Shown here: one piece after another, positions 1 to 14,192 of the stretch
How positions within the stretch are numbered: position 1 is the stretch's first letter
How the letters are laid out: every line of letters starts with the position of its first letter
NCBI GenBank assembly: GCA_965285935.1
Contig: OZ260661.1
Span: forward strand, 34,658,001-34,722,000
From: Ophelia neglecta
Taxonomy: Eukaryota
Length of the DNA stretch: 64,000 nucleotides
Direction of reading: 5' to 3'
Notes under the pieces: model-generated
Told to the model about the DNA's origin: nothing
Database searches by the model: none
What the model saw: only the letters and a program-made list of their open reading frames with translations
Translations under genes and position numbers: made by a program

Positions 1-1600
1 AAAAACATGGCTGTTGAAATAATAACAGTATATTAGAAACACTACAGGTAGATGTGTACTTTTTATACTATAAGTTTACACTTAGGTAACCACAGCTCAA
101 TCATATTCTGGTTCGGATACTAGAAACTCTTAATTGTCGGTATGTATAGGGCCTCTTATATCTGAATTGTTATGTTGTTTTCTACAGAAATAAAGATATA
201 CATTGTTAATAAAGACATTTCCAATTGGCAAGAGCATTTCTCTTGATAACGTTTTTTTTCAGGCTTTTGACAAGAAGTAAATACTCAGTGGGCTATCTAG
301 TTATCCTCCTGCCTAACTATAAGCCTACAAATGTCAGTGCTCCGATCTCCAGTTAAAAAAATCACATCTATTAGACTGGTTTGTTACCGCATAAGTCACA
401 GCATATTTAGGTCCAGATTATTGAAATATAATATAAAATTATTCATGTTTCTTTCACATACACTCCATTCCCAAATAAGCTGTAGAGTCTATTTTATTGA
501 ATTATGTATAAAAAAAAGGGGGGGGGGGGTGTTCCGCCATAATTACGGCAGTTGAAAATGTATGAACTGTTAAAATGTAAACACTAACGGTAAAGTAATT
601 ACAGAATTGGCTTCCTGATGAACCACCTAACCAAGGATGCTAACAAAAAAGGGAATAAAACGACCCACTGCAATAAACAAATACAGACTACATGCACCAC
701 TGCGACGGATATGAAGCATTCTTTGAGGTTTCAATTCTTATTTGGTCAAGATAATACATCGCCGGAAGCTTCAATCAAGCACCACCCATTATGAGACAAG
801 CGTGTATAAGACTCTGTCAGGCGAGAAAGTCGATAACCATTTTAACCAAAAGTTACTAAGCAATACTATTAAAAACCCACAACTACAGGGATTTAATCAC
901 TATTGCCATTTTCATGAAGGAGGATATTACAAAAGTTCATCTCATGCCTGTTTTTCTCTCACAAAGTGCTGACAACGTGCCGAGACAGGTGTGATTGCAA
1001 GCAGATCCACTTTATAGTTTACTTAGGTTTGATGATGGTTCAAAAATGCCAAGATGAAGGTTTTAATTTTGAGGATCGATTTTTTTATTGAAGTTATCAA
1101 CATCTAAACGTACATTATTATAACCGGTGGTGTATTTCTGTTTTTCAAATTCCATTGCTTCGATGATCATGTGTACTGTTCATACTTATTGTTACTGATT
1201 ACATAAGACAACACCGGCACTTTAAACCCCTGGCACAATGAAATGCTACTATATGAGATGTCATGATGAGGCCGGAATATTTTTCAATAAAATCTTGTGG
1301 TGTATATTAAGATTTTATTAATTCCTTTTCCACATTAAAGATCGCTTCTTTCTGAAATCATGTTAAAGGAATTTGATCATTGTCTATTTTGGAATTGCAA
1401 AACCCATAGTAAAGAAATTGTTTATAGAATGTTACTTCCTGTTTCTTCTCTTAAGACGCACGCAAAATCTATCAACAAAGGCAATGCAGGGCAGGAATAA
1501 AAATTATAAAATGGTATTTATTGACATCTTACTTCTAGGAAAATGCATATGGTTGGTTTTCCTCTCAACATTACTTAAATGTTTTATGAAATTTCAAATG

Positions 1601-1636
1601 TGGTTGTGACCTGGCTGGGACTCGAACCCACAACCC
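1601..1636 (-). mobile_element. tRNA-derived SINE head fragment (Pol III B box)
   Basis: Reverse complement reads GGGTTGTGGGTTCGAGTCCCAGCCAGGTCACAACCA, containing the T-arm/B-box GGTTCGAGTCCC. No A box or cloverleaf, because it abuts a T-rich tract (1637-1660). Confidence 0.5.
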
Positions 1637-2531
1637 TTTTTTATTTTATTTTATGTTTTATATATGATTTCACCCATAACAAATGGCAATTGAAACAAGC
1701 GGGAAGCTTTGCACCTTAAATGGGATACACTTACAGATCTAAATAATTATGTCCATTGGGAAACTGACGCCTACATAAGGTTTTCCCTCGATATTTTACA
1801 TATGTTTAACTAACAAAGATGGGGAAGGTTTGCATTGTGCTATAATGTACAAAATAAATCACTTTCTTAGTTTAAAGAACATATCACACCATGGACGGTC
1901 ACGGAATGAGGTATAACTCCTCATCATTCTCCCGAGCATTCAAGAACATTCAAGCAGCTGAAAGTTTGTCGATCCCGAGAGACGTTTCTAATTTTTTTTT
2001 TTTGCAAATTGGCATCACTCTGGTCAGGTTTGTCCTCAAGGGTACCAAAACTCGTCTACCCTAACCGTTATCGACAGTAGCAGTAAATATTCAGCACTTC
2101 ATCTGCCATCACTCAAATGTGTACCCGCTATCTATTTCCGCTTCCGTTGAGACGTCAAACCCCACACTCCTATTATTTTATTTCTCTTCCTTTTTGTGCT
2201 ACTTCCATGTGGGCGGTTCAGACTTTCTTTCGAATAGAACAATATCAATTGTTCTTAGCCCTTAACCTTATTGGGCAAGATGCTCACTAGCCAGTGAAAA
2301 ACAAAACAATTTGAATACCTATGTGATGAAGCCTGTAATACGCCTACCGTAAATAATTATTCGTCATTGATATGTTTCTAGTCGAATTCACTGCCAATAA
2401 TTAGCCACATAAAGCTTATGAAAAGAAATCATTATTAGTAATGGGACCATGTAATACTTGTCTTAGTCGCTTAGAGTTATAAACTAAGAAATAATATCAA
2501 ATTAAAAGCCTCTATGAATAAATGGTGGTAG

Positions 2532-2631
2532 AATAATAATAACAGTAATAATAATAGAGGGTAATAATAATGAAAATAAATAATAATAATAGTTATAACA
2601 ATAATGTAAATAATAATAGTTATAATAATGA
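2532..2631. repeat. Degenerate (AAT)n microsatellite / low-complexity tract
   Basis: Repeated AATAATAAT units interrupted by substitutions. Confidence 0.8.
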
Positions 2632-3164
2632 TGGCACGTGTATAAGGGCTCATTATATTAACATGCCTTGCAGAAATGCATCACGATGGATGAGTTTGAA
2701 CGAATAAAGCTATTTTGCACTAAAAATTTCCGCTGACACTTTTTAAAACCAAACTTTTTGAAACAAAATATTGCAAAGAATTGAATATCTAATTGCCCTG
2801 TGCCGGCGAGCAGCGCGGAATTGACCTCAACAATTTCTTCTGATTCTGCCATGTCCCACGGCGTACGCCTAGAATTTTAACGGCCGAACAGCCATTGTTC
2901 CATGGGGGTATATGGCATTCAAGGAATAGCAATACGGGCGAGAAATAAAATTAAAGACTAAAACGTTGTGATTTTCGAATCTAGTTTTGATATACATGTT
3001 ATTTGCCTCTCGGGGATATGAGGTTCGCCGGGACATGACTAAGGGCTGCCCGGTTTTATTGAAAACGATCTCAACAAAAAAGTTTTTCACTGACGCGCAA
3101 GATGTCCTTCTGAAGACTTGGCAGTTTAATTTAGGCAATCATTATCATCTACAGTAACTTTTTT

Positions 3165-4765
3165 TTGAAAAACAGGAACGATTTTGTAGGGACATTTTAT
3201 TTAGTGCCAGAAAACTCGTCAAGACATGGCGAGCACCTTATCGTGTTTAATGATATCAATGACGATATTACAACACTCAGAGGTGGCTGTGGAAATGATA
3301 CGCAGTTCTTTATAGGCGGAGACTTTAACCCCCGCACTAAAACAAAGTGTGATTCTCTCATCTGACGATATATAATTATATACCCTTGCTTGAAAATTAT
3401 AATTACAATAATTATGCCATTAATTATGCAATTTAGATTACGTCTTGGGTGAGAACTGATTAAAACGTGTCAAAGATCTAGTGTAAGAAGTTAAAGGCCG
3501 CGGTCTCACTGATAGCGGTAACAAGTATACCCGATACAACTCACTCGGTCAAATTGTCGTCGACTATGAACTCGCAACTGACTCGCGATTTTATTTTATT
3601 TTTACGTTTTGCTATCCACAAATTGATTGCATTTTCTGACTATTGCCCGTTGGTGTTTTCACTGAAGTTAACATCTATACCGTTCAGGCGGTAAAGGTAG
3701 AACGGGGATCTTGGTATGAGAAACTGCATCCAATGATGCCGTTATTGGGGCTAAATAAGTTGCCGATTTTAGAAAATGTTCGATTTGCTGATAACCAAGA
3801 TCTATCCACTGGAGTTAGTTCAATAGGACAATAACTGGTTGATACAATTTTTCCACCCGATTGGTCGCGTGATTGTACACAAGACGGGTGTAATACAAAA
3901 TCGAAAGGCTTTACACAACCACTGTATAGAGTGGGTGTCTTAAGTGTCCGTACATTGCGTAAGCTGTTTTATTCGGCGGCTAATTCCTATCGACCACTGA
4001 ATGACAGTGAACTGGGTAGGGAGGTCACACGGCTCCACAAACAGTACACTACTCACAAGGATCGGTATTAAAATGCATTTGGAACTAAAATGTGTAAGAG
4101 AATCATGGGGCTCAAGCTGGAGAACTCTAGATTTTATTGGAAACTTCTTGCCTCTACATAATCAGAATAAAACAAAATATATCATTAGATGAATTTGTCA
4201 GATATTTTAAAGAAGTTACTGAACCTTTCATTCCATGTCCGGAAGTCATTGAATACGGGTTTGAGCCCCATAATTCCAAGAGTGAGACAATGACTTTACC
4301 GAGCAAGGACTAGCAAGGGCTGTATCGGAACTGAAAAGTAATAAGGCATTGGCGACGATCTTGTGATTACAGGAATCTTCAAATACGGTGTTTGTTTGAG
4401 ACCTGTGATACTGTGATGAGACTATTTAATGAAGTTTTTCATCGGGTTTGTTTACAATTTCTTTTGGGGGACGGAGCTATTATTCTCATAAATATGAAGG
4501 GCGGGTTCGATTGTCGGTGTCGAACTGGGCTCCGAAAAAATCATGGCACCGCAGAACATGCTTTTATTCATGCTTTAATTTTTAAAAAGAAGATTGTCAG
4601 GGATTTGTTCTAAAGGCAAAAATAAATTGTGCTTTTATTGATTTTCGAAAGACTTTCGATCATGTTGTAAGAGAAAATGTATAATATAAATTGGTAAAGG
4701 CAGGTATATAGGGCAAGACTGTAATAAATAAAGTCAATGTACTCTACTTTCAAATCCGTCGTGGG
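3165..4765 (+). mobile_element. Decayed LINE (same RTE-X-like type): endonuclease, linker and RT N-terminal remnants
   Basis: Frameshifted translation gives IGGDFNPRT (~3311-3337), GQIVVDY (~3547-3567), FSDYCPLVFSLK (3632-3667), YWKLL (~4135), AVSELKSNKA, RLFNEVF, TGLRKNHGT, CAFIDFRKTFDHVVR and YKLVKAGI. The RT motifs are collinear with the intact ORF at 16905-18920. Confidence 0.88.
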
Positions 4766-5645
4766 CGACTTGGGTGGTAACACGGAGCACATTCCTTTTG
4801 TCGTCTAGCTGCACGTGCCGTATTAATCAAAGACTCCATTTCTATAATGTATATAATCAACTGCAGTTTCAGGATGCAATTAAACATTTAATTAATGATC
4901 ATTTAGTCTATTAATATGATAAATAAGCGATAACATATTATCCACCAAATTCTCATTGACTGACTATTTATACACTACGAGTTTGGTTCTCGTATTATTA
5001 TACAAGCGTTTGAACGCAGTGTTTGAACCCAGTCGATGTTGTCTGTGAGAAGTTCATGTAAATGTCGTTTATATATTTTTCTGAATTCTGAGTAGATTTG
5101 TGCTCGTCAAATCACTAGTTTTGCACATTAGCGTTGTGACAAACAATACGTATCATGTCAATATCTGTCAAGTTTTAATGTAAGATGTACATATTAAATA
5201 AGTCACATTCTTCTCGAAAGTGACAAGAATGATTTTTATACTTAAGGGACTATGCGACTGTCTGGTAATCACAGAGTCAGACGCGAGAAACATAAAGCTG
5301 TCTTACCCAGGCTGAAGTCCATTTTGTAATGTTCATGGAATATTCATAAGACTCCCATCGACTCCCAGAGGTAGGCAATCAACCTCTGGACATTGATAAA
5401 GACGAGCTAAACTTATAGCGTCACCTCTGTGGACTTACACTTGACATGAGGGCGCCAGATCTAGTCGCTCGGGTCGGCTAAATAGGCCATAATATTAAGT
5501 AAGGGTTGCGCCTTTCTAATATTCTAATTAATACGAGTTATGAAATGTGCATTTTAATATTAAGACTTAACTCTTAGCTCTAGTATGTAGGGACCTTTTA
5601 GACCCCACTTTGGTATTATGTTAATTGAGACAATACCCCTGTAAT

Positions 5646-6246
5646 CAGTTTAATTAACGAGAGCTTACGCCTTTAGAGTCTCTGGGGCATTTTTTTTTCT
5701 GTCCTCATATCGAGAAGATATTTGCCAGAGACATCGGATTTCATTAAAACAGGCCATATTTAAGAAAATGCCAATGTTGTGTGTCAATATTTAATATAAA
5801 ATGTGTTGTGTCAATATTTCAGATATTTTTAAAGTCGGTTTAAAAACAAATGTGTCATGGGTCAAAATATTGCGTCTATTCATTGTCCAGATTCTTTATA
5901 TTTTGACTTATGAATCATCATAATTTCCAAGTAAAAGCCAAAATCGCCATTTAGAGGTAAAATCCCTGACATGCTTGTTCCAGTCGAACATTATTAAAAG
6001 GTTGGCTATACGATATATGAGCTCTCATATTCATGACTAACAACCCTAGTTTCATATCAATTCAAATCAAAGCATCAGCAACAACTTGAGTTTAGAAGTT
6101 CGCGGACGAACTTTTCACTTTGGAAAATACCACAGCGTACATTTATAAGTTAAGGTCATTATATTTTTAAACACGGGTAAAACGTAGGCTACATATATCG
6201 ATGTCCCTCTAATGAGTCATAAGCGACACTCGTTTAATTAAAACTG
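5646..6246. mobile_element. Possible old MITE / non-autonomous DNA element
   Basis: Imperfect ~45-bp inverted ends: CAGTTTAATTAACGAG...CAT (5646-5690) versus ATG...CTCGTTTAATTAAAACTG (6201-6246). The interior is non-coding and no TSD is evident. Confidence 0.35.
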
Positions 6247-9200
6247 TCAACGTAAGAACACTAGTTTAGTAATAGATCAAACTTCAAGTCCCAGACCTTA
6301 ATATTTTCGCCTTTACAGCCACAGCAGCATAAGTTTAATCGTTGGGGAATCCCAAGCCTCACTCTCAGCACCAACATTCTTAAAAATCCTGTTCCTAACA
6401 ATTTTTAATACAAACTACATACTTTAGAACACACCCCACTTGTCTACTGAACTATATATCAAAAGGTCAAAGCTTATTCAGTTATGATGACGTAAAATAA
6501 CGCAAGAGATGTCATTGATAACAACTACCCTACCTGTACGTTCGTCGAGGATTTTCTCGGCCGTAAATCGGCTATATACGCTTGAAAATTTATATATTGT
6601 TATATTAAATGTAAGTACTTGTGTTTCCAACCATCTGTTTCATGTAGAGCAATACTCATGTTCAATTTTGCTTCTCTTGGGATATATAATTTCTAATTTA
6701 ATACTTAATACATAAGCTATAAATTGCCCGAGGATAAGATATAGTATTTATCTTACGACCTATAAGATGCTGAGCAATATAATATTAAGCCATAATTACA
6801 TATAGATTAGACATCCCTCAATAGGTGATTTCTTATCAAAGTTAACAGGAGGAAGAAACTTCCAAATTAACAAAAAGTGTTTACTAATAGCTATTAAATA
6901 TTAATAATAGAGTCTCTAAAATAGTCTAATTCCTAACAAAGTCCTTTTAAACATTGCACAAACCATTCTCATAGCAACTTGACTATCTGAAAGCATCAAT
7001 CTTTGATATTAGTAACCACCTAAGTAAGCTCAACGAAACGCACTGTAATACCCAGTATTACCAAATAGCCAAGTTAGTATTCAATTGTTTTAGGACGAAA
7101 GACAGACGAAGAAAAGTACTAAGTGGTTAGTGATAAATGGAAAGCATATATTTATGTTCTTTGTTTAGTAATGAACATGCTATAAACCCAAGACTACACT
7201 AGGAATGTTTTAGTTTGAACAATTGACTTAGCTGGTATCGAACATAAAATTAAAAATATAAAGGAAATGACATTTCAAGTTTAGATTTATAATGGGAAGC
7301 GAATGGTAAGCTCTGTGGCTTAGAATTAGTAAGCTTAGTAATACCTGTTAGAAAGTGAAATAGCTAAACGCTTTGAATAATCATTTTATCACTTTTATCG
7401 CTCCGTCCTCAAATGGTGGGCATATTTTTCCAGAATGCAATTTCCTGCCGCTTAAATAGTTTATTTCCGTTGCGGGGCTAGCCTAGTCTAAGATATTTCA
7501 AAGATCATATGTGTTGATTAAACCTTAGGATCTTAAATGATGCTGTCTCCGTATTGTCACTGATACTTGTCAGGTATAGGCTTATGTAATAAGGAGCTGT
7601 CAATGGGTAGGCGGAGATTTGAAATGTCGACAGTGGTTGCTTACTGTTTATACCGCCATGGGGGTGAACATAGAGCGATTGTGGCTTACTGGCCACAACA
7701 CGGTGCTTAATTGCGTTTCTTTCTTAGCTCACTGGATCCGTACTGTATAGTTCACTCCCTCTGTGCAATTATCTTTCGTGCGTATACAAAACGCTCGCCG
7801 CACAAATAGTGTATTCCAATATCCAACTTCAAAAGTCAATGTTTCATATTATGTGTATTAGTAATTTAAAATAAGGGCTAATGTTTTAGGAAAATTGTGT
7901 AAACATACAGATCTGCTAACGTTAGTAGTACCGGTGATGATATCGACGTTGTCATTAGACTGAGCACCCAAAAGGGGCACCCAATCTGCTTTATTGAACT
8001 TCAACCTAATCAACTGCGTTGTCATTCGCAGGGAAAGTGAGGGCAATTTTCTGTCATTCTCCTCTCAAGTTGTATTAAGTAAAATAAGATACTAAATATT
8101 TGAATGTTCGCACTATGTAAATAACTAGACAAAGACCATTTTTGCGCCAGATTCAGTTACAGCTGACAATGCTATAGACTCCAGTAGGAGGCAACTGGCT
8201 TATTTTCGTACCGTCTATTCTGCTCGACCAGCCCACAATTGCGTGCCGTATTGGTTTCAGATTAGCTACAAAAGGTACCGCTTACGCTATTTTTCCCTGC
8301 AGTCATCGTCAATGTGCTATTTTAATTTCAAACCTATTTGCAAAACAACTCTGCACATGAAAATATGTTAGATAAATTACAGGGAGCCATAAATTGCCAA
8401 AACCTAGTCATCTGACATCTATTGTAACGCCATAATTATGTACCCAACTTTTTCCATTCCTAATTTAGCAACAGCTGAATTCGGTTGGTCAGTATTTGTG
8501 AAATTATTATTTCCGAAATACTATCCTGACTGGTAAATGACAGCTGAACTAACCAATGGGTAGCACTTAGTTATGCTAGAGGTGGGGTAAGACGGGGGCT
8601 AGAAAGGAGGGTCCAACTTAAGAAACACTTCTTTCAACCTCAACGCACGAGGCTGGTTGAAGTAGCATCGAGTCCTAGAAAGGTCTTTCTGTTCAAAAGC
8701 GCAATATATGCAAATAACAAAGCAAATCGTGGCAGCCATATATTCCGAGGACCATGGGAAATACTGAGCCTTTTGGGCAAATAACCAAAATGACATGTTC
8801 TCTAGGCAGCAGACCTATGAACCATAGCATCTTGGAGTAAATACCATCGGAGCTCAAAATGGCAGGCACTACTGGCGTAGAGTATTATGCTTCCCGCGTA
8901 CTATGTTAGTTCGAGTAGTATTTGACATAGTAAAATATTGAACGCAACATTATTTCTACGAAATCAATCTAGTAGGCGGTTTCATGGTGACAGTGATGTT
9001 GTTCCTTTTGATCCGAGCACACGTATTTGATTGCAGTATTCGAAGAAAATGCAAACGTGTCTCACTTCTGAGAAGAAGCTGATGTTGTTTGTTGACTTTT
9101 TCCACCATCTGCAGCACGTTCAGCGATCGATAAACATCTAAAGTTATTTCGCAGTGAAAAGCACAGCGTTATGGATTCATTAGAGGAACGTTTAGTGTAG

Positions 9201-9858
9201 TTTTTCGTTAAAACGGATTTGCAACTGGTTTTCTAAGTGTTCATCCGTATATAATACTCTGTCAACTCAAATGTCCTTAGTCAGTCTAATGGGCAAACAA
9301 ATGTGTTTTATGATACCTTTCACACTATTTCAGTCGCTAGGAGGACCACTCATGCCTCTTCCATGGGACATCAATCCTTCGTGTTTTAACATTCTTGTTT
9401 GAAGCTTCTTTTTTAATGCTTTGATGACACCTGAAATAGATTACTATTAGGCTCCTGGCAGTGCATTAAGGATCCACATTTGGCAAACACTCTATCTATG
9501 TTCGCCAAGTTTAACTCTTGAGTTCAAAAGCGCATTACGTGAAACAAAATATATTAGATATAAATGCACTCAATGACTGACATGCACTCACTTACCGTCT
9601 CCAGCCAGACCAGACTCCTCTTTTAGGAATGTGTTTTACCATACAACACCCTGGCAAATAAAATTACCACCAAGCTTCTTTACTTAGGCATTAGAAACAA
9701 CGAACCCCTTTCTTCAATAAGAAAAGGGACGGGAAATTTAATATGTGCAACAGAAATGCCTGTACGTATTCAGGCAATGCCCATTCTCGGAAAGGCTAAC
9801 TGTACATACTTCATGAATCAATACTATTTTTCGCTAGATAAAGAGGGAGAGAATCGTA

Positions 9859-9882
9859 GGGAAGGGCGGGCAGGGGGTGGGG
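9859..9882 (+). other. Canonical G-quadruplex-forming motif
   Basis: GGG AA GGG C GGG CA GGGGG T GGGG: five G-runs with 1-2 nt loops. Confidence 0.6.
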
Positions 9883-12800
9883 AGGTGATTTGAAAACAAC
9901 CTCTGGTTCCCTTATTGGTAAATATTGGGTCAGGGGTCTTGTTTATGTGTGTAAAAAGAAAATCTCAGCCCTTATGAGATCTGAATAATGGTATTGCAAC
10001 ATTTATTCGCTTTGTTAAGCTGGATAATTTGAGTTACGTGTGTTGTTAAGTTTCCATTTGTATGGCCAGATTGTTATATTGCTTCTGTGGTGTTGTCAAT
10101 TATGCAATATTATACATAACAAAATTGAATGGTCAACAAAGAAAAATGTTTTACAACATTTTAAGTTCATTAAAACTTTTAATAATAAATTAATAACAGT
10201 ATAAGATAATAGTATTGAAATTAATTGCAGAGAAATTATTCATTTGTGTTTTGAAATTGGTGGTATGAGCATGCATGCTTTACTTTTCCATTTAACCGCT
10301 GGAAAATATATATGTTACGCCTTGAAACTGTGGAAGCTCGACATTTAAAGCCTTTTGCTATTGGTCACTTCACCATCGACGGTTAATGTGCTTTATTATT
10401 TCTTCAGCTGCGTCTTGTTTCCTCGTGTCATATAAAGATGGGCTGTTGACAAAATTAAGCATTTAGCAGTGATTTATGATATGATTAGCTGTCTTCCTGG
10501 AGCAGGTGGTTGCCGCCATGTTTGGCATTTGTGTGATATACGACGACCAACCTGTATTTGAAACTTGATACTTGAAACTAATATTGAGAACCGACAGATA
10601 TCCCTTCTATGCATTCTTCATTCCATTATAAAAAGATGATCAATACAATATATGTGCTTAAAGTTGAAGTGGATACCGATAGAATAGGTAAATCAAAGAG
10701 TAAAAATCCTCTTTAAGGGGATGTATATGGCAATTACATAAAGGAAACATGTGTCCAATACCCACAAAGCTTGAAAAAAATGTAAATACTGCAAAGTGTA
10801 CCAGGCAAGTTTTTTAGACTGAAATAATACATCTTAAACACTCAATGTTCCATAAGTATGAAGGCAATGTACCGGGCTCCTAGCACTAAGATTCTGCAAG
10901 TCCGCAGAGTATGTGTTGTTCCTAGATATATTGTTTCAATATGGATCTTAGAAGTCATAGCATGCATTTCTTTCCCGCAAAATTCATAACTTCAGGTTAT
11001 TATTGCACTGTCGAGGAGATATTATAGAATTATTCTGTTAAGAAGGCATTTTACGCCCTTCTTTGGTCTTGTTCTTATCGAGACGAATCCACACATATTG
11101 TCTCAAGTGTGACATAGTTTAGCATAGACAATTGTAGGGCACATTTCATATGTTATCTGGTTGTCGAGTTCTTTTTCTGAATGGAATTGCTTGAACATTG
11201 TTCTTATGTGCCATCAGGCCCAATGTATGCCATGGTATAAAACAAAGGTGACCTGTTTTCGGAGTGCAGCTATCTTTGTATGTCAGGTTTGCTTGTCTAA
11301 TATAAGAGTCTGAAAGGCACGTATTTGATCAATAAGGAAATGAAAATGAATAACCTGTTCTGAAGCTTGCTCTTATTTACGTTGACAAGTAGAAAAATAG
11401 GTGTTGCTGCGTCAATGGCTTATTTAAAATCTGTAAAAATATGGTTTTTGACAAGCCAATGATACTAGAATTTTTATTGTTTATTGATTGTACATTGATA
11501 ACATGCTACCTCTGACATAACATGTTTTTCTAAGCGGGTGTTTCATGTTTGTTTATTGAATAATAGAGTTGTCACAGAAATAGGCTTATAGATAAAATTT
11601 ATATATACTTTTCACAAACAAAGCGTAAGTTCTCAGCTTTGCCTATGTTAATATTATGGTGATGGAATAAACATCAAAGTGGAAACTTTTGTGAGTTTCT
11701 TCTTGCATATATTGACAACAGCAAGGACGTTTGTAATTTTTACGCTTCAAAGCTTCCCACATTAATAACGTTTCTAAAGTTAATGAGGCCCCTGGCAATC
11801 ACACAGGATCTAATAAATACAATCATGTCATGCATATGTATACGTTAACTCGGCGGAAGAATACTTGGGAATTGGATTTTGTTTTATAGGAATTATCACT
11901 TTATTGCTTATATATAGCATATTGGTTATTCTCTGTGAGGTATAACACATGGAAATATGCCTTCATGTAATATTATGTTCAACAACCAAAATACCCCTTA
12001 AATTCACGTCTTTATGAGAAGAAATAGTTTATTTCAAATTTTAATTTCGATGCGAATTATGTGATTTAAATTGTGTGTGCAGTAGAGGTTCATTTAAAAC
12101 GTGAATTTCTTAATAAAATGTAATACAAAGTAAATTGTATGTAGAAGCAAACTTCAAATTTCTGGTTTTGATAATTTGAAAATAAGGAATAATTTCATTC
12201 ATCTGACTAAAAAATGTCAAACATGTCTAGCCTAGCAAAATTACTTTATCCATATTGAATAACTCTTTGTTAAGTATGAAAAAACACAATTATGAAATGA
12301 ACTCCTGGTGAACAGAGTGGTAGTATTCTACCTTCTTTCTTTGCTTATAGAAATCGCATACCTTTCAAATCAGTACATTATCGCCTAATGTAATACCTTT
12401 AATAAACTAATCAAATTCCATCTAGTAAGTGACTGGGAGAGAGCTCTTTAAAGCAGGTAAGAGGCTGCCCAGACGTTCCTTAAAAACTTACAACGAAAAA
12501 ATCAGGCACAATGTTGCTGGTTTCCCTTGTACCAGTAACAGCCAGGTGGCTTCGTTTTCATGCCGTGTTCAAGTAACGAATTTCAAATTTAGGCATTAAG
12601 CAATTTATCATTCTAAGTAAAATGTAGGACAGACAAAAACTTCTCTTTCCGTCGGCCCTGCTGGGACTTTAATTATTAATGGCACAAATATTAAAGTCTT
12701 TCATAGCTTTAATATTTTTTTTTTCTGTTATGGGGTGAAAAAGGAATGTAACATTGCAATGCTAAACCGGTCCTTTGAATGGCAGAAAAATATGAACTAT

Positions 12801-14104
12801 GGTCCGGCAAGAATTATATTTATTCTTCTAATGATCGACCAGTTAAAAAAGAAATTGGTTGTTATCCATGATATGTTGCAATCATTGGCCCTTTGGTTTA
12901 AGCAGCGGCCTCACATGGACAGTTATTTGTAAAAAAAATAATGGATTCCCTTTCACACACTCTCTTTTACACAGATTAGCTCCTTTTGATAGTTTTTCGT
13001 CCAGTGCATGTCGTACTCCGTGCCGGAAGAGGAGCGTATGTTTCTCCTACCATAAATGACTTACATTGGTTGCCTGTATTAGAATTTATCAGAATCTGTA
13101 AAGTTTCTGTTTTCTCCTGATCGTAATCTGCGCATGGCTGGAGGGTTGAAATGGTTATATCATGCCGGAGCACCTGACTCAAATCTAACGACAGTACAGA
13201 TTTAAAGGTTTCAAAACTTACAGAGGTCAGCATCTATTCCACAATTTACACATGTCTCCGCAGAACCTTTTCTTGGAAGCACTACAGTTGCTGTGCAAAC
13301 TAACCAAGTAAGTCACTTTAAATAGTGGTTATCAAGAAACTGGTAAGAAAAAGTAATTTCCATATACATTATATATCAAAAAAGAACCGATTGCCAACCA
13401 ATAATTGCTGTTTCTTAATAAAGCTGAACAAAAAATTGAAATTAACTGTGACAAATTGCATCGTGCATCACGTGTCTATATCGACCGCACATTAGAGACT
13501 TCTGCTTGTGGGTCTAGATGCATTATTACCCAAAGATTATCAAAACTTACAAATCAGCTACTATAACGCAACAAATGCTAATTATTTTTCGCGGATTTGA
13601 TTTGTAATATTTTTAATATGAAATTTGCTTCACGAATATCCTGGAATGGATAAAATGGCAGCCGGTCATGCTAATGGGTAAACACGATATTGTTGCGTCA
13701 AATTCTTGAATATGCATATTCAAAATATAGTATATATTTCAATAATAGAATTTGTTTTTAATTTCATGTTTATCTTCCTAGTAAACAATATATGATTGTT
13801 CCACTTTGCAAATTTATACATTTTGCCAAGCCGAATTCCGGTCTTAATGCGCAAGGAGAGATCATTGTTTCGAACCTGAACATGGCAAAATTTGAACGAA
13901 ACAGGTTTTAGACTCATTGGAACGCGAACTGAAACATATCCACTCCACCCAGTATTATGGTTCTACACCGTTATCGAACATTCATAGGAGTATGGATGAA
14001 ACTCATTCACCTCATCTCGGACAGCTCTGGGTTAAAATCGGTTAAAACAAAGAGATTGGATAATGGGCAGACAAAAGGGCCAGAATCATAAGTCAAAAAT
14101 TGTG

Positions 14105-14192
14105 CAATAAAACGGTCCGATGTCATTAGGAACCAGCAGCAACCACCGCGTGCAAATTAACAAAGCAATCTCCAACTAACTAATAGTAAATA
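14105..14192 (+). repeat. Dispersed repeat fragment, copy 1 (partner at 46022-46113)
   Basis: Shared collinear blocks TAAAACGGTCCGA, AGGAACCAG, CAATCTCCA.CTA and TAGTAAATA. Confidence 0.75.

Noticed and set aside
1601-1636. tRNA gene
   Set aside because: Only the T-arm/B box is present, with no D-arm, anticodon arm or acceptor stem. The same applies to GGTTCGAA near 63922.
11001-11016. miR-92-like sequence TATTGCACTGTCGAGG
   Set aside because: Only the seed region matches and there is no flanking hairpin.
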